Positions 28,424-41,498 are shown, counted from the first letter of the whole stretch. The stretch is DNA of 63,988 nt, filler included, from Thelocarpon superellum (GCA_026025795.1; 3 parts of 3 records of this genome joined end to end with filler, not necessarily neighbours in it), one strand, 5' to 3'. Numbers and translations: made by a program. The notes: generated by a model not told the origin, from the letters alone.

Positions 28424-29430
28424 GTTATGCGCGAATCAGATTATGTCTGCTTAATCTGTCGCAACGGAAGTATGGTTGTCGATGGCTGTCGATGGCCTGC
28501 AGCACGAGGTCAGGGTGACGGCCATCGCGGGCCGCCTTCACATGGCGAATCCGTGACGACATCATGCGTCAAAGCCAGTTCCTACGGCTACCGCAGGCAC
28601 GGAAGCAAGCATAGAATCCACCAACATATGGCTGGTAGCCAACGATCTTAGTACGTAGCAGATACCACGTCAGCCGGTCGACTTCGACTCCGTACCCCCA
28701 CTGTAGACCGGTAGGGTGCTGTTCGATGCGCCGAGTTCTCTGGGCTGAGGTGAGGCTTATGACGGTGATAAGGTCGGAGCGACTCCTCGTGGCGCGTGTC
28801 GCTTGCTGCCTCGTGCGGGGGGTTACGGTGGCCTCGCAGGTGCACATGAAGGCGCGGGTGCAGAACGATAGGCATGCGTTCCTCAAGCGGAAGGTTGCGC
28901 TCCTCATGGGCAGATCTGCGGTGTACGCGGCATGAGCCGAGCTTGTGTGGACCCTGTGAGAGCCCACTTTCGATTACGCGGGCCGGCGTGTGAGGCGCCC
29001 TAGAGCTGGAAGGAACGTGCGAGTGGCCCTTGCCTGATAGCATGACACCCAGGCATTGGATGTCGCATTGAACTAAGCCCACTCACTTGCTCTGCCTACC
29101 CACCACAATCAATAGCTGAAGTCTATCATTGGTGACTGGTCAGCTTGTCAGCATGGAGAGGCTCATCATCGTTCCTTCTGATCCCGGAATGCCAGCTCGT
29201 GATTACACGCGACGCGGGTTTCAACGACCTCCTCATCGTGGGTCCACGCGACCTGAATGTGCCGGACGTAGCGTACCCGTCCGCCTGCTACTCTGAGCAT
29301 ATAGGAGATGCATCTCCCCACGGAGGATGTCGCTGTAGCTTCCGATACCCTTTGGATATAACGTCCCACACCGTAATGGCGCACTTGATTGATCCATGAG
29401 ACGAACGGCCGAGGCGGAAAGGCGTGAGCC

Positions 29431-29925
29431 ATGTTGATCCACTATCTTTGCGGCTTGCTCGCCATGCGGCTCCATGCCGCCACCGCTGCCGTGGTCCCTC
29501 CCGCTGCCAATTCAAACCCGATCTTGACCCTCCCTGCGTCCGATACCACGGAGTGCTTCGATCAGGGCCTGTGCAGTCAATTCGATTGTGGCGATGAGAC
29601 CTGCGTCTCGCAGCTGATGACGTTCATCGGCCAGATTCCCGACCAGGAGGCGTTCGACAACGGCGAGTACATTGCCTGCGTCCACGGGAAGAACAGCACC
29701 GGTGGCATCTGTGCTTCCTATCAGCACATCAACGGGACTGCGCTCCAAGCCGGTCATGCCGGAGACCTCATCCTCAACCTGACCGACTCCGGATGCGAGA
29801 AGTGCGGTCTCACACCTCTGCCTACGAGTCTCAACATGAGCGATTACTCCTTCACGTATCAGCTCAATCCCGCCTTCTTGGTCGACTTCGTCCCAACACC
29901 TTGTCCCCATGGACCCTGTCGGTGA
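29431..29925 (+). CDS. Secreted KP4 killer-toxin-like small cysteine-rich protein
   Basis: Hydrophobic signal-like N-terminus and 10 Cys in the mature region. KP4-family pattern C-x5-C ... NGEYIAC ... GGICASYQ ... L..SGCEKCGLTP ... VDFV...C...PC. TATAA at about 29357. Confidence 0.8.
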   Translation: MLIHYLCGLLAMRLHAATAAVVPPAANSNPILTLPASDTTECFDQGLCSQFDCGDETCVSQLMTFIGQIPDQEAFDNGEYIACVHGKNSTGGICASYQHINGTALQAGHAGDLILNLTDSGCEKCGLTPLPTSLNMSDYSFTYQLNPAFLVDFVPTPCPHGPCR

Positions 29926-30491
29926 TCTCCACATGTAGTGCTTCAAAGGGGGAGATATTCTTAGAATGGGAGGGGTGACCCAACGGCGCGCGGCGAAACA
30001 GGCCCATTCCGGATTCACCGCGTGCGCACTGCACTTGTCGAAGGCATTTTCTGTACAGAGGTCATCTATTTCCCCCAGCTTGCACTTGGAGGCTTGGCTG
30101 GACTGACGAGGGGTGGAGATCCTGGCAAGGGGCAAAACCGACAGGACGACCTTCCCAGTGGGATGTTTCCGCCAAGCTAGCGGTCCTCTGTGAGGGCAGA
30201 GGTGTGTGTCAATAATGTACATTCCTCATTCATCTACCTGGAAAGATACGGCAGGGTCGGAGGTCGAGCACACGACCATCGCTGGAATTTGAACCGGCGA
30301 TTTAGCGCGTGGTGGTAGGCGAAGTATGAGGTAACATACGAAGTACTCCACCGTAGTACTGGGAGCTTGGTTGGTAAGATCACCCACTGATCGCGGCGCG
30401 GTCACGGATCGTGGTTGGTATTGGCACTCGTACGCCATAGAGAGAACCGAATCTCTCGGCCATCGTCTGGATCAGCTGCGCGCGGGCGGTC

Positions 30492-31373
30492 ATGGCAAGC
30501 TCACAAAATGCTGTTGCATTCAACGCCTGGCTGCGGAGGCATCCCGAGGTTACAACAGCGGACAAGATCTTCGTTCGTCAACTCTGCGCCAACGCGAACG
30601 TCGGAGTCGATGCTTGGGGCCGACGCCGGCAACAGCCCGTCGAGATCTCGGTCGCGCTGTCACTGAAGCAAAGCTTCACCTCAGCAGCGCAGAAGGACCG
30701 AGTTGATCCGTCGACCGTACACTATGGGACCTTGAGTAAGGCAATCCTCGCTGCAGTCGATGGCCAGGCACAGCAGCATCTCCCATTCGACTGCCTGCGT
30801 TCGTTGGTGGAAGACGCCATTTACTCTCATGTAGCCTCCGGTGCGTCGTTACTCGCACTGCAGCTCGAACTATCCTTGCCAAAGGCATCCCTGATCGGCG
30901 CAGCCGTCACGCTGTCTTACGCCTGCAGTGTGGGGCAAGAAGGACGCCCCTACGATCACGCTCGGTCCTTGCACCTTCGAGATTTGACCGTCCCGACCGT
31001 CGTGGGGGTCAACGAGCATGAGAAGGAGAGGAAGCAGCGAATCGTCGTCAATATATGGTTGGACGTCCGGGAGGCGGAAGGCGCCGCCGAGTGCTATGGG
31101 CAGGCTGAGCACACTGTGGTCGAAGTGGGTGACTGCAGACCCTTGGACCTCGCGGTCGAATGGATGTGGCTGATGTCCTTTCGGTAGACGATTGAGGACA
31201 AGCCGCTCGAGACGCTCGAGAGTCTTGCCACGACGATTGCATCACGCCTAAGCGAGGTCCTGGTCTCGCATCTCCTCCCGCGCGGCGGCATACGAGTGCG
31301 GGTTGAGAAGCCCAGCGCAGTCATCCTGGCAGTGGCGACCGGGGTGGAGGTGGTTCAATATCATATGCCCTGA
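30492..31373 (+). CDS. Stand-alone tandem-domain dihydroneopterin aldolase (FolB-like)
   Basis: Domain 1: DKIFVRQL...VGVDAWGRRRQQPVEISV...DRVDPSTVHYGTLSK...LPKASL. Domain 2: LHLRDLTVPTVVGVNEHEKERKQRIVVNI; intron 31125-31187; then ETLESLA...VRVEKPSA. Confidence 0.88.
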
Positions 31374-32945
31374 GGGCCAAACAAGGCCCAAGAATAGTAC
31401 GATCAGACTTGGACGGGAGGCGCCCTACCTTTCCCCCATTCGATGTCTTGGCAGTTGCGTGGGATGTAGACGATGTCCTCCCGCCAAGTGGGTCCCGGTA
31501 CCGTAGAATCCCACGCGGACTGGGTCGAGACTTGGAGGAAGCGGCTACGCTCACGTCGTACCTGGGAGTATGGCACGCTCATTATTGAACCTCCAGGCTA
31601 CGGGCGTCAGACCGAACCCCGTCCCGGCGATGCGAGATGCAGCCACTAGCGCGAGAGCTACTCGGGCACGCTATTGAAGGCGCTGCACCTCGCACCGCCC
31701 TCGCACCGCGATCCCTGTCGAACGCTGCCACAGCCAGGGAAGCCGACCTCGTTGGAGCTTGCCGTTATCTCGGGATCCCAATCCGTGCCCGCCGAGGGCT
31801 GAATCGCCGACGCCGACCAAGCCATTCGGAAGCGCGACCTAGGTGATGGAAAACCATGTTTCGGGAAGAGAAGAATCGGAAAGGGGTGAGCGTGCAAGGG
31901 TTGGCGGCCCGATGGTCCTGCTGCGAGCGCCGTCGTGCAAAGCTCCGTCTGGTCGACCAGTAACAAGCACCAGTACCTCAGGCACTCTACGAGTAGATCT
32001 ATCTCACGAAGGGTCACCATGTGGCCATCTCCCGAGTCGGAAATTGGGTGCGCCTCAACCTCGCGTTCGGCAAGTAGGCCTGTTTCCATCCTGCCCCATC
32101 TCGTCCCAGATCCACAGCACACGTGGTGCACTGAGGCGGTCGCAGAGCCCGTCTCCAATTTGTTGAGGCGAGGAACTGCCTGTCCAAACCCCGTACCTGC
32201 AATGCCTGTCTCTGCGCCACGACATGGTCGATTTTGAAATCGACGTGGCCAGACGCTAGGGAGAGAGTGCAGGTGGTCATAGTTAATGTTACTCCGTAAC
32301 ATGGCTGCCATGCAGTTTGCTGAGGCCGTGGGCTCCGACACACTGGACCTGTTCAGCCTCTCGGGAACCACGGCCAAGGAGAAGGAGAAGCGAGGACTAC
32401 TACCGCCGCCCTGTTTGGTCATAGCTACCCACCCAAGCCAAAGCCAAATGCAATTCAGTCAGCCCAGGCGCGCCTGGATTGAGACCACACGGCCATGATT
32501 GCCTCGTCAACCAATCGCTGGGATAAAAGGGAACCTCCTCGCACCTGTCAAAGACCGTATAGACCTGTGTTGACCTTGACAAATGCCAAGCACAAAAGAA
32601 TACCATTTTCGAGCACGAAAGGAGACGCTTTGCATCCAAATACATCTCCCCGGCCAGACAGATCTGCGGACAGAGCAAGCTTGAGAGAAGTTCGGACTTA
32701 GACGAGCTGCAGCGTCCGCCTCGTCTCACTAGTGATTCTCGGTTGGCGCCCCCCTCTCTTTTTCGAGCTCCCAAGCCTCCGTCGACCCCGACCCAGGTCC
32801 ATCGACGTGAAGCTGTCTGCATCTCGCCACCTTGCCTACATTGCCTACCTTTTGAAGCCTGCAAGACATACAACCTGGTCGCTGACCCGACAACACTATC
32901 TAGCAATACACGCTCATCTACCGCTCCGAGCTCTCTGAACGAGCC

Positions 32946-34658
32946 ATGGCGTCGGCGCTGAACAAAGTCCTGCCCGCTCATATGAAGTCACAAGTCCTCA
33001 GCAACGGATCCCCGGATGATGAGGGCTTCGCCCAGCGAAAGCATCACGGCAAATCCCAATCGCATGTCGCTTTTGAGAATACGTCGACCTCGGTCGCGGC
33101 CAGCCAGATGCGAAATGCGCTGAACAACTTGGCCGACACGGTCAAGGATGCTGAGGAGAAGAAGGTATGCTGCCGTTACCTCACATCTCGCCAACACCCA
33201 GCCAGACTGACACGGTGGCACGCAGCTCTTTGAGACCGAGATGGACAACTTCTTCGCCCTCTTCCGCCGCTATCTCAACGATAAGGCCAAGGGCAACTCA
33301 CTGTGAGCCTCCGCCAAGCATGGCGCCCCCCAGGAAGAGCGCGGTCTGACGAGGTGGATTGCATCAGGGTGTGGGACCGGATCGCACCACCCAAAGAGAA
33401 CCAGGTGGTCGACTACGCCACCTTGGCCAACTCCGAGTCGGTGGAATACCTCAACAAGCTCGCGGTGCTCAAGCTCAATGGCGGCCTCGGCACGTCCATG
33501 GGCTGCGTCGGACCCAAGTCGGTGATCGAGGTGCGCGACGGCATGTCCTTCCTGGACCTCTCGGTGCGGCAGATCGAGTACCTGAATCGCACGTACAACG
33601 TCAATGTGCCGTTCGTGCTGATGAATTCCTTCAACACGGACGACGATACGCAGAGCATCATCAAGAAGTACGAAGGCCACAACATCGACATCATGACCTT
33701 CAACCAGTCGCGGTACCCGCGCATCCTCAAGGACTCGATGCTCCCCGTGCCCAAGAGCTTCGACTCGCCCATCTCGGACTGGTACCCGCCCGGGCACGGC
33801 GACGTCTTCGAATCGCTCTACAACTCCGGCATCCTGGAGAAGCTGATCGAGCGGGGAGTGGAGATCCTGTTCCTCTCCAACGTCGACAACCTCGGTGCGG
33901 TGGTGGACCTGCGCATCCTGCAGCACATGGTCGAGCGCGAGTCGGAATACATCATGGAGCTTACGGACAAGACCAAGGCCGACGTCAAGGGCGGCACCAT
34001 CATCGACTACGATGACACGGTGCGCCTGCTGGAGATTGCGCAGGTGCCCAAGGAGCATACGCAGGAATTCAAGTCGATCAAGAAGTTCAAATACTTCAAT
34101 ACCAACAACATCTGGCTCAACCTCAAGGCCATCAAGCGCGTGGTGGAGAACCACGAGCTGGAGATGGAAATCATCCCCAACAACAAGTCCATCCCGGCCG
34201 ACAAGAAGGGCGAGTCGGACATCTCCATCGTGCAGCTCGAGACGGCCGTGGGCGCGGCGATCCGGCACTTCAAGGACGCTCACGGCGTCAACGTGCCGCG
34301 TCGACGCTTCCTGCCGGTCAAGACGTGCTCGGATCTGATGCTGGTCAAGTCGGATCTGTACAGTCTGAAACACGGCCAGCTCACCATCGACCCGAACCGC
34401 TTCGGGCCGGCGCCGTTGATCAAGCTCGGCACGGACTTTAAGAAAGTGAGCGACTTCCAGAAGCGCATCTCGAGCATCCCCAAGATCATCGAGCTCGATC
34501 ATTTGACCATCACCGGCGCCGTCAATCTCGGCCGTGGCGTCACCTTGAAGGGCACGGTCATCATCGTCGCCACCGAGGGGAGCACCATCGACGTGCCGCC
34601 GGGATCGATCCTCGAGAACGTGGTGGTTCAAGGAAGTTTGCGCTTGTTGGAGCACTGA
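32946..34658 (+). CDS. UGP1: UTP-glucose-1-phosphate uridylyltransferase
   Basis: [39 protein letters not shown] motifs. Exons 32946-33164, 33226-33302, 33368-34658. Confidence 0.98.
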
Positions 34659-35843
34659 AGACCGCCCGGGTCTCGTGGCGGCGGGTCCTCGTGTCCACCA
34701 CCGTTCCACAGGGCCTGGTCTACCTGGGTCCACTTGGCAAGGACGGGGTGCAACACGGAGGGCGGTAGGGAGGCACGGATGTTTGTCGGGCTTTCGTGGA
34801 AGCGAGGCACTTTAGACGGAGCGCCTCGGTTGACCCTCGTTTATACAGCACATTGTAATGGATCGAAAGCTATTGTTACCCAAGCAGACGTGGGCTTCGT
34901 CTGCCGGCATGGCATGTTTAGCACATTATTCTACCTATCCCTGACCTCGGCCTCGTGGTCGTCGTGCCGCACGAGCATCCTGCGTGTTGAACACCGAAAA
35001 TCTCCTGACTCAAGCCCAGCCCTCCCTGAACGAATGTTGCAGTGGGCCTGACGCATCGGAATCCACCGTCTGCGCTGTTGCGAACGGCTCCATCCCTGCG
35101 CATAGACACCCTTTTCCAGGAGTGAGGACAGATGGCTGTGGATGAATGCTCGCATTCTGTCGTCATTGACATCCTACCCATGACCCATGGAGATCTGGCC
35201 CAGTCCCGTGGAGCGAGAGCAGTGACCGACACCGTCGTTGATCTACAAACAAGCGGCCCTCGGCTCGGTCGCTGACAATAACGACGGATGAGAACTCCTC
35301 GGAATCGTCGAGAAGGCGATTTTGTAATCGCCGAGCCATCCGCTTACTCGTCGCTCCAAGCTGGTCATGTGAAATGAGGGGCAGCGGGGATACAATTACT
35401 TACAATGGAAGAGGCTGGGAAGGGTTGCAGTTATGAAGGGCCGGGAGAGTTCACGGTCAGCAAAGTCAATCCCTGCAAGTACACCCATCCGCCTAATGCC
35501 GCATGCTCGAACCTTGTCTCATGCCCCAAACCCGGGCGTCTGAACGGCGCCCATCCAATGCCGGGTTACATAGGACGTATTTACCTCAGCCCCTGGGCCT
35601 GTCGCCCCGCTGATTCGTCATTCCCAACATCGGCCGGGGTGACCACTACTTTCAAGGAAGCCCTCACGCGAGTGCCAGGCGGTCCCTTGTCTGGCTCAAC
35701 TTCAGCCTAGCCTGGCCATGGCCTTCATGAGGCTCTGAGCAGGCACCTCCCCCTCCTCCACACGTATATATCGTCGGCTTCTTCTCCGGCTCTTCGTCAA
35801 AGGCCTTGTCGCTATCGCCACTAGGCGCCACATTGTCGTCAAT

Positions 35844-37536
35844 ATGGAAGAGAAGAAAGAAGAGCAGCTGACGGCCGTCGACCACGACGATTCTTGGGGG
35901 TACCTCATCAAGGCGGACAAGACGCCCACCGCGCGCCTGGAAGCGCTGTTACGAGGCATCGCCGCTCATATCGTGGGTCGAGACCTTCTGCGCCGCGTCA
36001 CGCCATCTCCCTCTGACAAGGTGCGAACAGGAAACCATCGAGGGCAGGTCTGAGGAGAATGGGTTGACGCCGACTCGACTCGCGTCCTTCTACCGATCCG
36101 TGGGCGGCAACTACGACACGCTCTTCTTGGAAACGCCCGAGCAGTCGCTCTCCTTCATTTACCAGTCGCTTGGCTGTGTGCACACTCTCCAACCGACCAA
36201 GGATGACTTTGCGCCTCCCGCCATCCCTTCGTTGACGCCGAGGGGTTTTGTGCGATGGCAGATGATCCAGCTCCTCCTAGGCCCGGAGGAATTCGTGCCA
36301 TATCTGCAGGAGGCCGTGCGCAAGTTCGACCTCGTGGACCCTACAACTGGAAGAGTGTTTCCTAAGCTGCTTCCCAAGGACTCGTTCCCCGACCAGCCCG
36401 ACCCAGAAATGGTGAACTGGCACAACGCGGTCTTCGAGAGCCTGCAACGAGACGCGCAGGAGGAGATGAGCGGACACCCCAGGGACGCTGGGATGAGATC
36501 TTGCAGCGGAACCCCTGCACCGCCAAACGCGCCCGACGCCACCGACTACTTTTCATCGCACGATGCATATCGCAATGCGAACGGTCGAGCCAATGAAGCC
36601 TTTGCCGCACCGCCGGGAACGCCATACTACCAAGACAACAATCAACGAGGCGCCCGGCACAACCGCCGCCGACGTCGAAGCTATCCCGAGCAGGTCTTCG
36701 CCGTCCCGACATCCATCCCGACCCCCGGCCCGGGCAATGTACCCGGTAACCGACGCGGTCCCAGCGACGCGGATTTGTACTTTGACAGCTTCAGTACGCA
36801 GTCTCGCTCGGCCTCCTCGTCTGTTTTCGACGAGGACGATAGGAGCGTGGTCTTGAGCGACACCAGCAGCCGGAGCAGCAGCCCGACCATCCACCGCTCG
36901 CGAGGACCCCACCATCATCATCGCAGGCGCCACTCCGACGACGACATCAAAAACCCGCGCCAGCACCTACCGCCTGTATTCCCGGACGATGCTTCCTCCA
37001 CCGACTCCAACTTCAGCGATGACGACTCTTCACCAAGCTTGAGCACAAGTCTCCCGGTCGGCTACTTCGCATCTCCTACGGGGGGAAGAACGGCGCAATA
37101 CGCTCCACCACGTGTCAACTACCGCGGCGCCAACGTAAGATGGAGCAACGAGAACTCGCTGTGGGAATTCCCACCGCCAGGCGGAAACAGCGCGGCGAGC
37201 ACGCCAGCGTCAGAGATCCCACCGACGTACTCCTCGCGCGGGTTCGGCAATGGCGACGGCGCCATGCTCTGGAACGGGACGGGATCTGGCGCTCATCCCA
37301 AGCACCACTCCCGAGAGGGCAAAAAGGCTTCTGCGCCGGACATGCCCTATCGAAGCGGAAGCCACTTGTCGGCCAGTCCGAACGGAGACGGACGCGACCG
37401 CAACGGAGTCTTCAGCGCCGGAGGCCGTCCCTCCAGCATCCCACACCACATCCGGCCGCAGATCCGGCGCCTGGTCAGTCCCGTGCTGGGTGTGCATGGG
37501 CGGAGGTATCCCGCGGAGGGGATTGTGTGGCGTTGA
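35844..37536 (+). CDS. Conserved fungal protein, DUF7514-like N-terminal domain plus Ser/Pro/Arg-rich disordered tail
   Basis: WGYLI..DKTPT..LEALLRGIA; intron about 35973-36030; LTPTRLASFYRSVGGNYD...SFIYQSLGC.HTLQP...IPSLTPRGFVRWQ.IQLL.GPEE. Family assignment is from recall. Confidence 0.8.
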
Positions 37537-37807
37537 TGAAGAAAGGTAAAGCATGGGGGGGTTGTTGCGTTGCCTTGGCCGGGAGGAACCAATCGTCTTA
37601 CTACTACGGTTATACCAATGTCGCAGCTCTTCAAGCGCCGTCATCTCGAATTTATCATACCGGGTGGCCTCGAGCGTTGATGTATCTTTGTTCTCCTGGT
37701 TCTCAATCGATTTGGATAAATCCCTTGCTCAGTGCGTTTGTGACTAGATGAAATACCACTGGGGCGTTTCTGAAAAGGCACATAGCAGCAATGCACATGA
37801 CCAGAAG

Positions 37808-39458
37808 CTAAGCGGCAGCTCCACCGGCGGCTCCGTCAGCGTCAGCGTCAACGTGGCCCATCTTGGCACGACACTCGTCGCAGAACCACTTGCCGATGGG
37901 TTCCTTGGTCATGCCGACGCACTGCCAGTGGAACCACTCGTAGGGACAGTCGTCGTTGTCGCAGGCCACCATGTTGCCGTAGCTGACGTTGCGACACGTG
38001 CAGTATTTGCGGTCGTCGTTGGCCCCGTCTTCGTCCTCTGCTTCGGCCTCGCCTCCGTCCAGCACCCCCGCTGCTCCTCCTCCTCCTCCTTCTCCTCGTC
38101 CTCGTCCTCCTCCCCCTCCGGCCCCTCCGGCGCTGCCCATCGCCCCGCCGTGGCCGCCTGCGCCGCCGCCCATGCGCGTGTCGCCGTCGGCGTCGCGCGC
38201 TGAGCTGTTTCGTCCCGCGATGTGCGAGCCTGATGACGCCGGGCCCGCGGCCGTTGCGGCGCCGGCGCCGCTGCTTCCGCCTCGTGCGGAGCCGGGCGGC
38301 GGCGTGGTCATTTCTTCGTCGGATCCGTCGCCTTCGTCGCTGAGCATGTGCTTGGCCTCGTCGTCGTCGTCGCCGTCATTGTCGGCGTCGGTGGAGGTCG
38401 GGGAGGGCTTGATGCCTGGTCCGCCCGCGGACTTCTTCATCGCGCGCTTTTGAAGCCCGTTGCTGCTGGCGCTGCCGGCGCTCTTGTTGGAGAGCTTCTT
38501 GCGCATTTGTTGCTGGTGCGGCGCGAGTTTCTTCGTGCTAGACTTCTTCGTCCCCGGTCGTGGGCCGGCGCTGCCTGCTCGCACGACGGGTGGCGTCCCT
38601 GCTTTGGGTCCGCCAGGACCGAGCGAGGATGTTCGTGCTAGACTGGACGACGTCGTCGGTTGGGTGTTAAGGTGCGCGTTGAGGCGGCGCCGCTTGGCGT
38701 CGTTGATTGCCCCGGTAGATGACTCGCGGTGACGTTGGTGCAGGATCCCGCCTGCTGCCGGCGTCGACGGCGCCGAGTTCGATGAATGAGCTCCTCCGAG
38801 GAGCGGTCGATGCGATGCCGTCCCTGAGATGGTATTGGGAGAATTCGACCGTTGTCCAGCAGGTGCAGGATGTGCAAGACGGGCGATTTCCGAGTTGGCG
38901 ATCGTGGTCGACGGCACCGAATTGCTTGAGATCGGATTGAGTGGGGTTGTCGCGCCCGTCCCTGGTGTCGACGCCGTGGAGCCGCGGTTTGCCGGTGACG
39001 GGTGAAGGAGCGAGGGGAGAGGAGGATCAAGCGGCATCGTGCCCTCATTCTGTAGATCACGTATCTTGGAGTCGAGACGGCGGACATGTCGATCCAGCAA
39101 GACCCCGGCCTTCTCACTCAACACTACTTTCTCCTCCTGTAACGCCTGGGCCCGGTCGTAGTTGGCAAGAATGGTCTTGTTGTAGGCCTCCTCTTTAGGA
39201 TTTGGAGCCAAGCTCCCATTCATCCGCACAAACTTCTGCAGACTGCTATCCCGGGCCGTGATCGTACTCCGACATTCTTGAATGGTCTTGTCTTTGGCTT
39301 GGATCTCCTCGAGCAGATGTGCTATCTCTGCGGGAAGATTTGCCACTGTCAAGAGGTCAGCAACGACGGAACCACGCAGAGAAATGCCCATCATGGTTGC
39401 ACTCGCCATCTTGAATAAACTGCTCTAGCACAGTCGCGGCATCTTCGGCCATTGCCAT
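37808..39458 (-). CDS. YNG2: ING-family PHD-finger protein (NuA4 subunit Yng2-like)
   Basis: N-terminal ING domain ([32 protein letters not shown]) and C-terminal [34 protein letters not shown]...WFCDEC. One GC-AG intron 39406-39346. Confidence 0.92.
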
Positions 39459-40051
39459 CTTCGTCGCCACTCTAGAACCCTCGAGCAGATTCGACGGTAT
39501 CACTACAACCTACAGATCAGGACGGGTGCTGATGTCGTCGCGATGTGGTCGAGATGTATAGAGACGGCCGCTGGCCTCAAAGCCGCAAATGGGCGAAAAG
39601 AGTGTGGACTTGTGGCTGGGCCAGAATCGGAGAAGCTCTCTCAATTGAAGCCTGCAGTCGGGCGAAGGTTTGTTGAGCGAACCAAGAATGAGTTTTGTTC
39701 TCAGTCACCATAGCTGGAGGCATCAACACCAGTGATTTGCCGACTAGCTAGGTCGGTCATCTGCAATAGCAAACACTGTGCAACGAACACTCGTCGTCCG
39801 GCCATCACCAATCGCGGCATCACGTTTGTCTCCGTTCGCGACCGCAAGGCTGGAAAACCAGCCCTCAAATCACGTGCTTCATTGGTCCCTCTATCAGAAT
39901 GTCGCCACCTCTAACCGAGACAGCTAGAGTAAGTCGTCCATCCCAATGCTTCCATGGCGGCGGAGAGCTAATCCGCCAGCGGTGATGGTGAAGGAGGGGG
40001 CTCGTCGGTCGTAATCTAATCTTCACCAAGCCTCAGAGGCTGGGAGGAAAG

Positions 40052-41498
40052 ATGGCGCGGACCCCTATAGTTCACGAGTATGACCAAGCGGTCTCAACAC
40101 CGACCTTGACCTTGGACCAGAGGATAGCTTCTGAAATCGAAAAGAATGGGATCGAGAAACCGAAGGGATACACGGTCTCATGGCACAACAACGCGGGGGT
40201 GGAGATGCACCATTTCGGCCAGTCACATCCTATGAAGCCGTGGCGGTTGACCCTGACTAAACAGCTGGTCATGGCTTATGGGATGCACACGGCCATGGAC
40301 ACGTACCTTTCCCGTGCGGCGACCAAGGAAGAGATGGCAGAGTTCCACAAGGATGACTATCTTGAGTTTCTTCAACGGTAGGTCTGCAACCCAAAGGCTG
40401 CAAAAGCGTCGACTGACGCAACCAAGGATCACGCCGGAAAATATGCTCTCAGACCCTTCTCTTCCCGGCTACAATATCGGTGATGACTGTCCCATCTTCG
40501 ACGGGCTCTATGACTACTGTGCGCTGTACGCGGGCGCGTCTGTTGACGGCGCCCGGAAGCTATGCAACTCGCAGTCGGAGATTGCCATCAACTGGTCGGG
40601 TGGGCTCCACCATGCCAAGAAGGCGGAAGCGTCGGGATTCTGCTACATCAACGACATCGTCTTGGCCATTCTGCAATTGCTCCGGCATCACCCGCGGGTA
40701 CTGTACATTGACATTGACGTCCACCATGGAGATGGCGTTGAACAGGCATTCTGGAACTCGGACCGAGTCATGACGCTTTCATTCCACAAGTATGACAAGG
40801 ACAACTTCTTCCCTGGCACCGGGCCCCTGAACTCAACCGGGCCGGAAAACCCGCTTTCGCCCGGGGCGCATCATTCCCTGAACGTGCCACTGAACGACGG
40901 GGTCGAAGACGACGACTACATCGAGCTGTTCAAACAGGTCGCCGGCGCCTGCATCGATTCCTACGCTCCCACCTGCATCGTGCTCCAATGCGGCGCCGAC
41001 TCGCTCGGATGCGACCGATTAGGCTGTTTCAACCTGAACATCCGCGCGCACGGCGCATGCGTCGAGTTCATCAAATCCAAGCACCTCCCCATGCTCGTCC
41101 TCGGCGGCGGCGGCTACACGCCACGCAACGTCGCGCGGCTCTGGGCCTACGAAACCTCCATCTGCATCGGCGCGACCGTCAACCCGGCCCTGCCCTCACA
41201 CACCCCCTTCCTGCGCGCCTTTGAGCCCGACCGGTCCCTCTTCCCACCCCTCAGCGAACACGGCAAGTTTGATAACAAAAACTCCAAGGACTACCTGTGG
41301 AGCCTGGTGGTCGGCATCCGCGAGCAGCTCCGCTACCAGCAGGGTGCCCCTAGCGTGCAGATGCAGGTGATTCCGCCTGACTTGGGCGGCATCCGGGAGG
41401 AGGTTGAGAACGAAATTCGCGAGGAGCGCGAGAATGGCGAGGCTTGGCGTAAGGAGCGTGAACGGGGCGTCGGTCAGAGGGGCGGCGGGGGTGTTTAG
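40052..41498 (+). CDS. HOS2: Class I histone deacetylase, Hos2/HosA type
   Basis: HHFGQSHPMKPWRLTLTK (Hos2 signature), WSGGLHHAKK, GFCY, DIDVHHGDG, GADS and GGGGY all intact. Intron 40378-40426. Confidence 0.95.

Noticed and set aside
28569..29082. Cys-containing ORFs upstream of the KP4-like gene as an immunity or partner gene
   Set aside because: No convincing ATG context, signal peptide, splice structure or family motif.
33270..34733. 487-aa ORF antisense to UGP1
   Set aside because: Mirrors the highly codon-biased UGP1 exon; typical antisense artefact.
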